A DNA stretch of 24,000 nucleotides from Halorientalis salina (GCF_005049285.1 NZ_SOSC01000010.1:69662-93661); one strand, 5' to 3'. Shown: positions 1-8,850, counted from the first letter of the stretch. The notes: generated from the sequence alone by a model not told the origin. Translations and numbers: made by a program.

Positions 1-42
1 CACACATGTCACGCAACCTATATGGACTCAGCAGCCCTCTAT

Positions 43-519
43 ATGCGTATGAAGACACTTGAGACGACAATCGACATCGACGCGCCGGCCGACATTGTGT
101 GGGACGTGCTGACCGACTTCGAGCGGTATCCGGAGTGGAACGACTACACGCGTATCGCGGGCGAGGCCGTCGAGGGCGCACAGCTCCGGGTCGCACCAGG
201 GCCACGAGCGGGACGGATGCCGACGTTCACTCCCCGCGTACTTCGTTCCCGAGCCGATTACGAGCTCCGGTGGCTCGGCCACCTCTACGTTCGAGGCCTA
301 TTCGATGGCGAACACCGGTTCACGATCGAGGCCCTCGGTGACGGCCGCTCACGGCTGACCCAGGCCGAACAGTTCTCCGGTCTCCTCGTTGGCCCCATCA
401 TGCACCGGTACGGCGAGCAGACGAGAGCGAACTTCGAGAGCGTCAACCGCGCACTCAAGCGGCGAGCCGAGGGACTGGTACGGGAGGAACCGACGGCGGG
501 ACCCGACGTGGCAGCCTGA
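43..519 (+). CDS. SRPBCC-superfamily protein (polyketide cyclase/dehydrase-like, START/Bet v1 fold)
   Basis: ORF 22..519. The translation [30 protein letters not shown] is the typical N-terminal signature of SRPBCC/cyclase-dehydrase proteins. The start is ambiguous (ATG at 22, 43 or 49). A TATA-like cctatat at 17-23 would fit a leaderless start at 43 or 49. Confidence 0.75.
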   Translation: MRMKTLETTIDIDAPADIVWDVLTDFERYPEWNDYTRIAGEAVEGAQLRVAPGPRAGRMPTFTPRVLRSRADYELRWLGHLYVRGLFDGEHRFTIEALGDGRSRLTQAEQFSGLLVGPIMHRYGEQTRANFESVNRALKRRAEGLVREEPTAGPDVAA

Positions 520-577
520 CAGAGAGGACAGTGTCCGTAACGGTTTTCGGTCAGACGCGACAACTATTGTGATAGCT

Positions 578-937
578 ATGAGTGGCAACCCCGACGACGA
601 GGAACTCGAACAGCTACGACAGGAGAAAATGGAGAAGCTCCGCGAGCAGAAACAGGGCCAGCAGGGCGGGGCCGGCGGCGAGGCCCAGGAGGCACAGCGC
701 CAGCAGGCCGAAGCCCAGAAGAAGGCGCTGCTCCGTCAGCACCTCACCGACGGGGCGCGAAAGCGGCTCAACACGGTGAAGATGTCGAAACCGCAGTTCG
801 GCGAGAAGGTCGAACAGCAGGTGCTGGCGCTGGCCCAGAGCGGCCGCATCCAGGACAAGATCGACGAGGAGAAGATGAAACAGTTGCTCTCGGAGCTCAA
901 GCCCGACTCGAAGAGCTTCGACATCGAGCGACGCTAG
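578..937 (+). CDS. PDCD5/TFAR19-like archaeal DNA-binding protein
   Basis: Internal ATG of ORF 389..937. [21 protein letters not shown]...[46 protein letters not shown] matches the conserved archaeal PDCD5-type double-stranded DNA-binding protein family. The upstream part of the ORF is Arg-rich and overlaps the preceding gene, so it is not coding. Confidence 0.85.
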   Translation: MSGNPDDEELEQLRQEKMEKLREQKQGQQGGAGGEAQEAQRQQAEAQKKALLRQHLTDGARKRLNTVKMSKPQFGEKVEQQVLALAQSGRIQDKIDEEKMKQLLSELKPDSKSFDIERR

Positions 938-1561
938 ATGCACGCCGGACTGTGCTACAGCGGCGGCAAGGACTCGACACTGGCCGCCCTGCTTCTCGAT
1001 TCCTTTTACGACGTGACGCTCGTCGCCGCGACCGTCGGCGTGACCGACGCGGCCGACCACGCCCGCGAAGCCGCCGAAGCGGTCGGGTTCCCGCTCGTTA
1101 CCGTCGAACTCGACGAGGCAGTCGCCCACGAGGCCGTCGACCGAATGGTCGCGGACGGCTACCCGCGCAACGGTATCCAACAGGTCCACGACCACGCCCT
1201 CGAAACGGTGGCCGCCGGCGAGTTCGAGGTGGCGGGGACCGTCGAGACGTTCGACGCCATCGCCGACGGGACCCGACGGGACGACCGCGTCCCCACGGTG
1301 TCCCGCGCGCAGGCCCAGAGCATCGAGGACCGCTACGGCGTCGACTACCTCGCGCCGCTGTCGGGGTTCGGCCGGAGCGCCGTCGACGACCTCGTCGAGG
1401 CGACGCTGGTCGTCGAGACCGGCCCCAGCGAGGAGATCGACAAGGGCGACTACGAGGCCGAACTGCGGGCACTGATGGCCGAAGAACACGGCGAGGAGGC
1501 CGTCGACGAGGTGTTCCCCGATCACGACCAGACCCGCGTGGTCGGACTCCGTGACCGGTGA
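938..1561 (+). CDS. PP-loop ATP pyrophosphatase family protein (adenine nucleotide alpha-hydrolase superfamily)
   Basis: N-terminal SGGKDS PP-loop motif (MHAGLCYSGGKDSTLAALLL). The ATG directly abuts the TAG stop of the upstream gene (tagatg at 935-940), which suggests co-transcription or translational coupling. The exact enzymatic function is not assignable from sequence alone. Confidence 0.8.
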   Translation: MHAGLCYSGGKDSTLAALLLDSFYDVTLVAATVGVTDAADHAREAAEAVGFPLVTVELDEAVAHEAVDRMVADGYPRNGIQQVHDHALETVAAGEFEVAGTVETFDAIADGTRRDDRVPTVSRAQAQSIEDRYGVDYLAPLSGFGRSAVDDLVEATLVVETGPSEEIDKGDYEAELRALMAEEHGEEAVDEVFPDHDQTRVVGLRDR

Positions 1562-1571
1562 GCGACGGGCG

Positions 1572-1850
1572 CTACGCTCCGTCGACCAGTCGCGGATCGT
1601 CGATCCCTGATTCGAGGTTCCAGCCCCGTTCGAGCGGCCCGGTGATGAGCGACCAGCGGTGACCCCCTGTCGCCAGACCCTGGGCACGAGTGATGAACGA
1701 CTCCCACTCGACGGCACACTGATGATGCAACAGCAGCCCCCGCGACCGGCCCCGGTTCGGCGTGATCCTGATGGGATCGGCCGACGCAGTCAGTGGCTCG
1801 TCGCACCACGGACAGTGTTCGGTCATGGTCCGAGGCTCGTCGTGGCACAT
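1572..1850 (-). CDS. small cysteine-motif (zinc-finger-like) protein, hypothetical
   Basis: ORF 1572..1892 (GTG). It contains HCPWC ... HHQC, a possible 4-ligand zinc site, and the codons are GC3-rich. I favour the start at ATG 1850 (ATG 1826 is also possible) because AT-rich promoter-like sequence lies at 1866-1890. I recognise no family. Confidence 0.5.
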   Translation of the reverse strand: MCHDEPRTMTEHCPWCDEPLTASADPIRITPNRGRSRGLLLHHQCAVEWESFITRAQGLATGGHRWSLITGPLERGWNLESGIDDPRLVDGA

Positions 1851-1865
1851 CGTTGTTACACGGTA

Positions 1866-1878
1866 CCTATAGTAGTCA
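1866..1878. promoter_or_regulatory. left arm of a perfect 13-bp inverted repeat (CCTATAGTAGTCA) containing a TATA-like core
   Basis: Read directly. Bases 1866-1878 are the exact reverse complement of 1969-1981. The arm lies in the divergent intergenic region between the small Cys protein gene and hisS. Confidence 0.6.
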
Positions 1879-1968
1879 GCAGAAATTTTCACTGTCCAGG
1901 ATCGTCAGCAGGCTGCCTTTCCGGCACGAAACACCCTGCTCGATGAGAGCGTGAGCAAAGACTGCTGG

Positions 1969-1981
1969 TGACTACTATAGG
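1969..1981. promoter_or_regulatory. right arm of the 13-bp inverted repeat (TGACTACTATAGG)
   Basis: Read directly. It is the reverse complement of 1866-1878 and lies 57 bp upstream of the hisS ATG. Confidence 0.6.
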
Positions 1982-2037
1982 GGAGGCTCGACCGCGGGAA
2001 GGACAGTTTCAAGCGCGCCGTGTGCGAACCCCTGGGC

Positions 2038-3342
2038 ATGTACGACCACCTGAAGGGCTTTCGGGACTTCTACCCCGACGAGATGGGGGCGCGCCGGGAG
2101 GTCATCGACCAGCTGGAGGCCACGGCACGGCAGTACGGCTTCCGCGAGATCGGCACGCCCGCGCTCGAACGGACCCAGATGTACGTCGACAAGAGCGGCG
2201 AGGAGATCGTCGAGGAACTGTACGCCTTCGAGGACAAGGGCGGCCGCGAGGTCGCGCTGACGCCCGAACTCACGCCGACCGTCGCGCGGATGGTCGTCGC
2301 CAAACAGCAGGCGCTGTCGAAACCGATCAAGTGGGTGTCGACGCGGCCGTTCTGGCGCTACGAACAGGTCCAGCAGGGCCGCTTTCGCGAGTTCTACCAG
2401 ACCAACGTCGACATCTTCGGGTCGGCGGAACCGGAGGCCGACGCCGAGGTCCTGGCCTTCGCCGCCGACGCGCTCACTTCGCTCGGGCTGACCGCCGACG
2501 ACTTCGAGTTCAAGGTCTCACACCGGGACATCCTCGGTGGCCTCCTGGAGGCGTTCGACGCCGACATCGCGACGAAAGACGCCATCCGCGCCGTCGACAA
2601 AAGCGAGAAGATCAGCGAGGCCGAGTATCACGATCTGCTCGTCGAGGCGGGACTCACCTACGACCAAGCCGCCGAGTTCGACGAGTTGCTCGCCACGGGC
2701 GAGGACGACCTGGACGAACTCGTCGACTTTGCGGGTACCGACCGCGTCGAGAACGCCGTCACGAACCTCCAGAACGTCCTGGACGCGGCGGCGGACTTCG
2801 GCGCGCGGGAGTACTGTACGCTCTCGCTGGAGACCGCGCGTGGACTGGACTACTACACCGGCGTCGTCTTCGAGTGTTTCGACTCGACGGGCGAAGTCTC
2901 CCGCTCGGTGTTCGGCGGCGGCCGCTACGACGACCTCATCGAGAGCTTCGGCGGCCAGCCCACGCCCGCCGTCGGCGTCGCCCCGGGACTGGCTCCCCTC
3001 TCCCTGCTCTGTCAGCGCGCCGGCGTCTGGCCCGAGGAGGGATTCACGACCGACTACTACGTCCTGCAGGTCGGCGACACGCGCGAGGTCGCCGCGGAGA
3101 TGACCCGGAAACTGCGCTCGCGGGGCCACGTCGTCGAGACGGACGTAGCGGGTCGGAGTTTCGGCGCGCAACTGGACTACGCCGACAGCATCGGTGCCGA
3201 GACGGTCGTCATCGTCGGCGAGCAGGACCTCGCGGACGACGCCGTGACAGTCAAGGACATGGACAGCGGCGACCAGAAACAGGTTCCGCTCGCCGAATTC
3301 CCCGGCGACCACGACCGCCCGACGCTCGACGACTTCGAGTGA
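2038..3342 (+). CDS. hisS: histidine--tRNA ligase
   Basis: MYDHLKGFRDFYPDEM..., ELTPTVARM, RPFWRYEQVQQGRFREFYQ and GGGRYDDL are class IIa HisRS motifs. Start taken at the internal ATG of ORF 2020..3342, giving 434 aa. Confidence 0.95.
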   Translation: MYDHLKGFRDFYPDEMGARREVIDQLEATARQYGFREIGTPALERTQMYVDKSGEEIVEELYAFEDKGGREVALTPELTPTVARMVVAKQQALSKPIKWVSTRPFWRYEQVQQGRFREFYQTNVDIFGSAEPEADAEVLAFAADALTSLGLTADDFEFKVSHRDILGGLLEAFDADIATKDAIRAVDKSEKISEAEYHDLLVEAGLTYDQAAEFDELLATGEDDLDELVDFAGTDRVENAVTNLQNVLDAAADFGAREYCTLSLETARGLDYYTGVVFECFDSTGEVSRSVFGGGRYDDLIESFGGQPTPAVGVAPGLAPLSLLCQRAGVWPEEGFTTDYYVLQVGDTREVAAEMTRKLRSRGHVVETDVAGRSFGAQLDYADSIGAETVVIVGEQDLADDAVTVKDMDSGDQKQVPLAEFPGDHDRPTLDDFE

Positions 3343-3360
3343 TCGGTCGTCACGGACCGA
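3343..3360. terminator. short hairpin (TCGGTC-6 nt-GACCGA) immediately after the hisS stop, at a convergent gene junction
   Basis: Inverted repeat read directly. There is no adjacent T-tract, so a terminator function is only a guess. Confidence 0.25.
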
Positions 3361-3375
3361 CGCGACGGTACGCTC

Positions 3376-3888
3376 TCAGCCGGACGGGTACTCGTAATCG
3401 AGCGATACGTCCCGTTCGGCCTCGCCCGCGCGGAGCAGGCCGTTGATCTCGAGCGTGAACGATCCGTCCCTGATGGCGTCGCCTGCGGACTCGCCGAGGT
3501 CGGCGTAGTCGACGATGACGGTCATGGTCCGTCTCGCCGTTTCCCCCGGTTCCAGCGTGTTGATCGTCGGTTCCGACGTGACCGCCCGTGCGCCGTTGAT
3601 GAACACGTCGAATTCGCCCGACGGACTGGGAATCTCCTCGTCGGTCGGGTTCTCGACTTCGAGGATCACGTCCATGTCGGCGCTCCGGAGGCCGGCCTCG
3701 GGCTTTCGAACGTCGAAAATCGATATCTCGAGGTCGTCGATGGGCGGTGGCATCGGCGTCGGTGTCGCCGTCGCCGTCGCGCCCGGTTGCTCGTCGTCAC
3801 CGCCACCGGCTCCCGCGTCGTCGGTACAGCCCGCGAGTCCACCGACCGCGAGCCCGCCGACCGCCGTCAGTACTGACCGCCGATTCAT
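3376..3888 (-). CDS. secreted lipoprotein, LEA type-2 (LEA_2/WHy)-like domain
   Basis: N-terminus MNRRSVLTAVGGLAVGGLAGC has a Tat-like RR, a hydrophobic stretch and the lipobox LAGC. An Ala/Thr/Pro linker follows, then a beta-rich ~120-aa domain (DVILEVENPTDEEIP...FDVFINGARA...TMTVIVDY) resembling LEA_2 proteins. Confidence 0.75.
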   Translation of the reverse strand: MNRRSVLTAVGGLAVGGLAGCTDDAGAGGGDDEQPGATATATPTPMPPPIDDLEISIFDVRKPEAGLRSADMDVILEVENPTDEEIPSPSGEFDVFINGARAVTSEPTINTLEPGETARRTMTVIVDYADLGESAGDAIRDGSFTLEINGLLRAGEAERDVSLDYEYPSG

Positions 3889-3980
3889 CGTTCGCTAACG
3901 TGTCGGGCAGAAACGATAATCTTACGATAACGAACGGCGGAGCGCAACGCTCATCCGCCGGCCCGCCGGAGTGACGGGCG

Positions 3981-4784
3981 ATGCGTGCGTTCCGCGTCGC
4001 CTACGACGGTCGGCCGTTCCACGGCTTCCAGCGCCAGCCGGACGTCCCGACCGTCGAGGACGCCATCCTCGACGCGCTCCGTCGGCTCGACGTCCTCGCA
4101 GGCGACGACGTACCCGAGAACTACGCGGCCGCCGGCCGCACCGACGCCGGCGTCTCCGCGCTCGCCCAGACCGTCGCGTTCACGGCCCCCGAGTGGCTGA
4201 CGCCGGCCGCACTGAACAGCCAGCTCCCGGCCGCGGTCCGCGCGTGGGCTCACGCCGACGCTCCGACGGGATTCCACGCGACCCACGACGCGACCAGTCG
4301 CACCTACCGGTACCACCTCCACGCGCCAGCCGAGACCGTCGACGATGGGCGGGCAGGCAAGGGGTTCAATCGCCTCCGCGGCGAACACGACTTTCACAAC
4401 CTGACGCCCGACGAGACCGGAACGGTCCGGGCCCTCCAGGGGTCGCTCCGGCGCGACGGCGAGTACCTCGTGATCGAACTCACTGCTGGCGGGTTCGCGC
4501 GGCAACTCGTCCGCCGGGTCGTCTCCGTCGTCGCGGCGGTCGCTCGCGGCGACCGCGACCTCGACTTCCTCGACCGCGTGTTCTCGGCCGAGTCGCTGGC
4601 CGGCCCCGACGGGGTCCCGCCGGCACCGGCCGATCCGCTCCTGTTGGTCGACGTGACCTACCCGGACCTGACGTTCACCGTCGATACCGAGGCCCGGGAA
4701 AGCGCGAACGCGGTCTTCGCCGAGCGACGCGACGAACACCGGACCCGAGCGCGGGTGGCCGGTGACATCGCTGCCGAGCTGTGA
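3981..4784 (+). CDS. truA: tRNA pseudouridine(38-40) synthase
   Basis: MRAFRVAYDGRPFHGFQRQP... and the catalytic-Asp motif GRTDAGVSALAQTVAF are characteristic of TruA. Confidence 0.92.
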   Translation: MRAFRVAYDGRPFHGFQRQPDVPTVEDAILDALRRLDVLAGDDVPENYAAAGRTDAGVSALAQTVAFTAPEWLTPAALNSQLPAAVRAWAHADAPTGFHATHDATSRTYRYHLHAPAETVDDGRAGKGFNRLRGEHDFHNLTPDETGTVRALQGSLRRDGEYLVIELTAGGFARQLVRRVVSVVAAVARGDRDLDFLDRVFSAESLAGPDGVPPAPADPLLLVDVTYPDLTFTVDTEARESANAVFAERRDEHRTRARVAGDIAAEL

Positions 4785-4797
4785 GAAGCAGGGCCGG

Positions 4798-4953
4798 TTA
4801 TTCCATCTCGTCGAGCGAAACGACGGTGTCGGACTGGAGCCAGCGGCTAGTGTCTTCTCGGTCGTAGACCACCAGGGCGTCCCGGGTGGTAAACTGGCGG
4901 TATCGGCCGGGCGAGGGCGTCCGGTCGGTGGATCGTCGTTCAGGGCGTGTCAT
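4798..4953 (-). CDS. small conserved-looking haloarchaeal protein, hypothetical
   Basis: ORF 4798..5004 (GTG). The C-terminal segment DALVVYDREDTSRWLQSDTVVSLDEME resembles a motif I recall from small haloarchaeal proteins; the family name is not certain. Start could be ATG 4953 or GTG 5004. Confidence 0.5.
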   Translation of the reverse strand: MTRPERRSTDRTPSPGRYRQFTTRDALVVYDREDTSRWLQSDTVVSLDEME

Positions 4954-5105
4954 CGTCTCTCTCCACTCGCCGTTTGGACCCGGATGGTGGTATAGGTATG
5001 ACACGTTATCCGATGTTTTCGGCCGTTTCGAGCGGTTTCAGGCGTCTTTCGACGGTTCAACCAGCGTAAAGAGTGTGAACGATACGGTCCGAGAGCGGCG
5101 ACGGG

Positions 5106-6962
5106 TCAGACAGGGGCGACCATGTCCATGGCCTCCCGCACCGACTCGCGCTGGCCCAGAATCGTGATCCGGTCACCGAGTTCCAGCGCCATGTCCGGTT
5201 CGGGGACCTCGATGCCGTCGTCGTGGTCGACCAGGGCGATGAGACAGTCCTCGGGGAGTTCGAGGCGGAGTTCCCGGACGGTGTAGTCGGCGAACCGCTC
5301 GGCCGTGAGTTCGACCTCCTGGACGTCGCCGACGCGGTCCAGATCGGTCATCCAGTGGGCCATGGCGGGCCGTTCGATCTGGTTGTCGATGGCCCAGGCG
5401 GTCGCCATGCTCGCGTCGATGGTTCGCACGCCGAGGTCCTCGAAGGCGTCGACGTTGTCGGGGTTGTTCACCCGTGCGATGACGGTCTCGACGTCGAACT
5501 TCGAGTTCGAGAGTTGCGCGATGAGCAGGTTCGCGTCGTCGTTGCCGGTCGCGGCGATGATCGTTTTGGCGTTGGCACCACCGGCCTCACTGAGGACCTC
5601 CGTGTCGGTGCCGTCACCCCAGACGACCGAGTACCCGTCGTTTCGTGTTCGTTCGACCATTGCCTCTTCCGTTTCGATGATGACGACGTTCTCGCCTCGA
5701 TCTTCGAGGCGTTCGGCGAGCGACCGACCCACTCGTCCGCCGCCAACGATGATGACTCTCATTGGTATCACATCCAGGTATTCCGCGATTTTGCGCGCGA
5801 AGCCGCCCTCGAAGGCGACCGTCGCGAAGATGACCAGAAAGACCGTCCCGACGAGCACCTGGGCCTGCTCGTCCAGCCCCTGGGCCTGCATCTCCACGGC
5901 GAACAGCGTCGCGACCGAGGCCGGAATGATGCCCCGCGGGCCGACGAAGCTCATGAACAGTTTCTCGCTGGTCTTGAACCGGTCGCCCCAGGTCGAGACG
6001 AAGACGAGCACCGGCCGGATGATCAGCATGATCACGGCGACGACGGCCAGTCCGGGTACCCCCAGTTGGAGGAGGTCCTCGAACTCCAGCAGCGCCGCCA
6101 GCGCGATGAAGACGATAGAAAGCACCAGCAACGTGATGTCGCCTTTGAACGCCGCGATTTCGTCCTCGTAGGGGAGGTCGGCGTTCCCGAGCAAGAGCCC
6201 GGCCGTCGCGACGGCCGCGACACCGGCCTCCGTCCTGATGGTATCGGCCGCGGCGAAGGCGACGAGCGCGCCCGCGAGCGTGAGCAGCCGTGCGCTCTGT
6301 GGCGCGTTGCCGGGTGAGAGGTCGACGTACCTGATGAGGTAGTAGATCACGGCGGCGACGACGACGCCGACGAGCAGTCCGATACCCAGGCGCGTGGCGA
6401 ACGCCTCGACGAACGACACTTCCGCCTCGTTTCGGAGGACGATGACCTTGAAGACGACGACGGCGATGATCGCCGCACTCACGTCGTTGATGATCCCCTC
6501 GGTCTCCAGGGCGGTCGCCACCCGGTCGCGGACGGGGACGACCTCCAGGATCGGCGTGACGACCGTCGGTCCCGTCGCGACCAGGAGGGCACCGATGAGA
6601 AAGGACATGTCCCAGGGTTGATCGAGCGCGAAGTGGACGACCACTGCAGTCCCGCCCAGTGCGATCGCGGCTCCCACCGTCACCAGCCTGAGCGTGGCCG
6701 CCGGTGCCGCCTTGACGCGATCGATGCGGAGGTGAAAGGCCCCCTCGAAGACGATGATCGCGACCGAGAGACCGACGATCGCGGGCAGCGCTGGCCCGAA
6801 CGACTCCCGCGTGACCAGGCCCAACCCCTCGGGACCGAGGGCGACGCCCGCGGTCAGGAGGAAGATGATACTGGGCACGCGAAAGCGCGCGGCCAACAGC
6901 TGTGCCCCGACGCCGATTCCGATTATCGCTGCAACCAGTGGAATTATCGCACTACTGGCCAC
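5106..6962 (-). CDS. cation:proton antiporter (Na+/H+ exchanger family) fused to a C-terminal RCK module (TrkA-N + TrkA-C)
   Basis: About 400 aa of multi-TM exchanger sequence, then MRVIIVGGGRVGRSLAERLEDRG (Rossmann GxGxxG, TrkA-N) and a TrkA-C-like end (GDRITILGQRESV). The ORF track starts at GTG 7049, but those first 29 aa (MYRGAESGRTDCECLNH...) look non-native. I favour GTG 6962 (VASSAIIPLVAAIIG). Confidence 0.88.
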   Translation of the reverse strand: MASSAIIPLVAAIIGIGVGAQLLAARFRVPSIIFLLTAGVALGPEGLGLVTRESFGPALPAIVGLSVAIIVFEGAFHLRIDRVKAAPAATLRLVTVGAAIALGGTAVVVHFALDQPWDMSFLIGALLVATGPTVVTPILEVVPVRDRVATALETEGIINDVSAAIIAVVVFKVIVLRNEAEVSFVEAFATRLGIGLLVGVVVAAVIYYLIRYVDLSPGNAPQSARLLTLAGALVAFAAADTIRTEAGVAAVATAGLLLGNADLPYEDEIAAFKGDITLLVLSIVFIALAALLEFEDLLQLGVPGLAVVAVIMLIIRPVLVFVSTWGDRFKTSEKLFMSFVGPRGIIPASVATLFAVEMQAQGLDEQAQVLVGTVFLVIFATVAFEGGFARKIAEYLDVIPMRVIIVGGGRVGRSLAERLEDRGENVVIIETEEAMVERTRNDGYSVVWGDGTDTEVLSEAGGANAKTIIAATGNDDANLLIAQLSNSKFDVETVIARVNNPDNVDAFEDLGVRTIDASMATAWAIDNQIERPAMAHWMTDLDRVGDVQEVELTAERFADYTVRELRLELPEDCLIALVDHDDGIEVPEPDMALELGDRITILGQRESVREAMDMVAPV

Positions 6963-7103
6963 ACCCGATCCTCCATACACCGGACCCAATGAACGGCTGT
7001 GATTTAAACACTCACAATCCGTCCTGCCGCTCTCTGCCCCGCGATACACTCGACCAGCGAGGACGGAGCGCGTTCACTATCGACGATGATAATGCAACCC
7101 TGA

Positions 7104-7113
7104 AGTATATACT
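7104..7113 (+). promoter_or_regulatory. TATA-like perfect palindrome AGTATATACT upstream of the soluble transducer gene
   Basis: AT-rich palindrome centred ~22-28 bp upstream of the ATGs at 7131 and 7137. GAGGTGAGG (Shine-Dalgarno-like) lies at 7122-7130. Confidence 0.45.
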
Positions 7114-7130
7114 GTTCTGGTGAGGTGAGG

Positions 7131-8795
7131 ATGGTAATGAGTAGCATGAGGCGAATAACTCGGTTCGTTCACTCGTCTCGTCTCGCCGCGTTGGTTCGGT
7201 CCGACACCGACGACCACTCGGAGACGGACGCGACGACCACTGGCGAACCGGACACGGGGGGAACCGACAGAGAGCGGACGACTTCGGAGGACGGCTCGGA
7301 CCAGATGGCGCTGGAGACGACCGATGACGAGGGTGCGGGGGAGACGAATTCCACGTCGTCACCCGTCGGGACAGGCAGCGACCACACGCCAGTCGCCTCG
7401 GACGGCGGGACACACACGGTCGACGCGGCAGCCGCGTCGACCACGTCGTCGCTGGAAGCCACAGCCCGCGACTTCCGCGACGCCATGGCGGCCGCGGCGG
7501 ACGGCGACATCAGTCAGCGCCTGGACACGGACCGGGACAACGACGCGATGGCGGAGGCCGCGTCGGCGTTCAACGAGATGATGACGCATTTCACCGACAC
7601 CGTCGGGGAGTTAGAGGAGTTCGCCGAGGACGTCGACGACGCGACCGAGGAGATGAGCGCCGCCACCCGCGAAGTCAAGGAAGCCAGCGAAGAGGTCAGC
7701 GGGTCGATGGACCAGATCTCGAACAACGCCTCGAAGCAGGACGACCACCTCCAGGAGGTCGCCGACGAGATGACGGACCTCTCGGCGACCGTCGAGGAGA
7801 TCGCCTCCTCGGCCTCGGAGGTCGCCAGTATCTCCAGGGACGCCGCGGAGTTCGGGCAGGAAGGCCGCGACGCCGCCGAGAAGGCCGTCGATCGGATGGA
7901 CGAGATCGAAACGACGGCCGACGACACCATCGAGCAGGTCGAACACCTCGAAGAGCACATCTCCGAGATCAACGAGGTCGTCGAAGTGATCGACGAGATC
8001 GCCGATCAGACCTCGATTCTGGCACTGAACGCCTCGATCGAGGCGGCGCGAGCGGGCGAGGCCGGCGAGGGGTTCGCCGTCGTCGCCGACGAGGTCAAGC
8101 AGTTGGCCGAGGAGGCCAGCCAGGCGACCGAGGATATCAGCGAGATGATCACGGACGTCCAGGACGAGACGACGGCGACGGTCACGGAGATCCGCGAGAT
8201 GGGAGAGCACGTCTCGGAGGGGACGGACACCGTCGAGGAGGCGCTCGAAGCGCTCGACGCTATCGCGGACCGCGTCGAGGACGCCAACGACGGCGTCCAG
8301 TCGATCAACGAGGCCACCAACGAACAGGCGGGGAGTACCGAGGAGGTCGTCGCACTCGTCGAGGAGGTCGCCGACCTCAGCGAGCGGACGGCCGACGAAA
8401 CGCGCGAGGTGTCGGCCTCGGCAGAGGAACAGACCGCCGCACTAACCGAAGTGGCGGCCAACATGGACGGGATCGCCGACCAGGCGACTACCCTCACCAC
8501 GCTGCTCGACGACTTCGAGCGACGCGACGGGGACGGCGGCGACGACGACGATCTCGCCTGGGACGATGCGATGGTTCACGACGGTGACGACGAGGAGGAC
8601 GCCGCGGAAGAGACAGCAGCAGACAGCGACGAGGACGACGACCTCGCCTGGGACGACGCGATGGTTCACGACGGCGACGACGGCGGCGCTGGCGACGAGG
8701 ACGGGACGGGCGGAGAAACGACGGATGCGGACAGCGGCTCCGACGAGGAAGAAGAGATCTCCTGGGACGACGCGAAAGTCCACGACGGGAGTTGA
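7131..8795 (+). CDS. soluble (cytoplasmic) methyl-accepting chemotaxis transducer (Htr-type) with repeat-bearing acidic C-terminal tail
   Basis: Canonical MCP signalling hairpin [40 protein letters not shown] and a HAMP-like segment GDISQRLDTDRDNDAMAEAASAFNEMM. I see no hydrophobic TM segment. The first ~110 aa are Thr/Asp/Gly/Ser-rich low complexity. Start ambiguous: GTG 7125, ATG 7131/7137/7146 or ATG 7305. Confidence 0.9.
   Translation: MVMSSMRRITRFVHSSRLAALVRSDTDDHSETDATTTGEPDTGGTDRERTTSEDGSDQMALETTDDEGAGETNSTSSPVGTGSDHTPVASDGGTHTVDAAAASTTSSLEATARDFRDAMAAAADGDISQRLDTDRDNDAMAEAASAFNEMMTHFTDTVGELEEFAEDVDDATEEMSAATREVKEASEEVSGSMDQISNNASKQDDHLQEVADEMTDLSATVEEIASSASEVASISRDAAEFGQEGRDAAEKAVDRMDEIETTADDTIEQVEHLEEHISEINEVVEVIDEIADQTSILALNASIEAARAGEAGEGFAVVADEVKQLAEEASQATEDISEMITDVQDETTATVTEIREMGEHVSEGTDTVEEALEALDAIADRVEDANDGVQSINEATNEQAGSTEEVVALVEEVADLSERTADETREVSASAEEQTAALTEVAANMDGIADQATTLTTLLDDFERRDGDGGDDDDLAWDDAMVHDGDDEEDAAEETAADSDEDDDLAWDDAMVHDGDDGGAGDEDGTGGETTDADSGSDEEEEISWDDAKVHDGS
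8553..8789 (+). repeat. three copies of an 11-aa motif in the transducer tail: LAWDDAMVHDG (8553-8585), LAWDDAMVHDG (8643-8675), ISWDDAKVHDG (8757-8789)
   Basis: Read directly from the translation and DNA. Copies 1 and 2 are identical in protein and nearly identical in DNA. Each copy follows an Asp/Glu run. The third copy ends one residue before the C-terminus. Confidence 0.9.
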
Positions 8796-8850
8796 TCGAC
8801 GGACGGTCGTGGACAGACGTGAGCTATCAGGGATGAGAATCGCGGAGTAA

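Noticed and set aside
614-1717. Long ORF (367 aa) antisense to the PDCD5-like and PP-loop genes. Similar long ORFs occur at 1968-3446, 3951-4739, 3971-4765, 5223-6317, 10778-11761, 12608-13837, 15916-17325, 18200-19837, 20205-21293, 20554-21864 and 22079-22984.
   Set aside because: Their translations are Arg/Gly/Pro/Val-rich and basic, with no recognisable motifs. Each fully overlaps a gene that has clear family signatures on the other strand or in another frame. Long spurious ORFs are expected in ~65% GC DNA because stop codons are rare.
7197-7454. The Thr/Asp/Gly-rich N-terminal region of the soluble transducer, considered as a possible separate gene or secretion signal.
   Set aside because: It is continuous in frame with the HAMP-like and MCP domains. 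It has no hydrophobic signal or TM segment and no internal stop. It is treated as a disordered N-terminal extension, with an alternative start at ATG 7305 noted.
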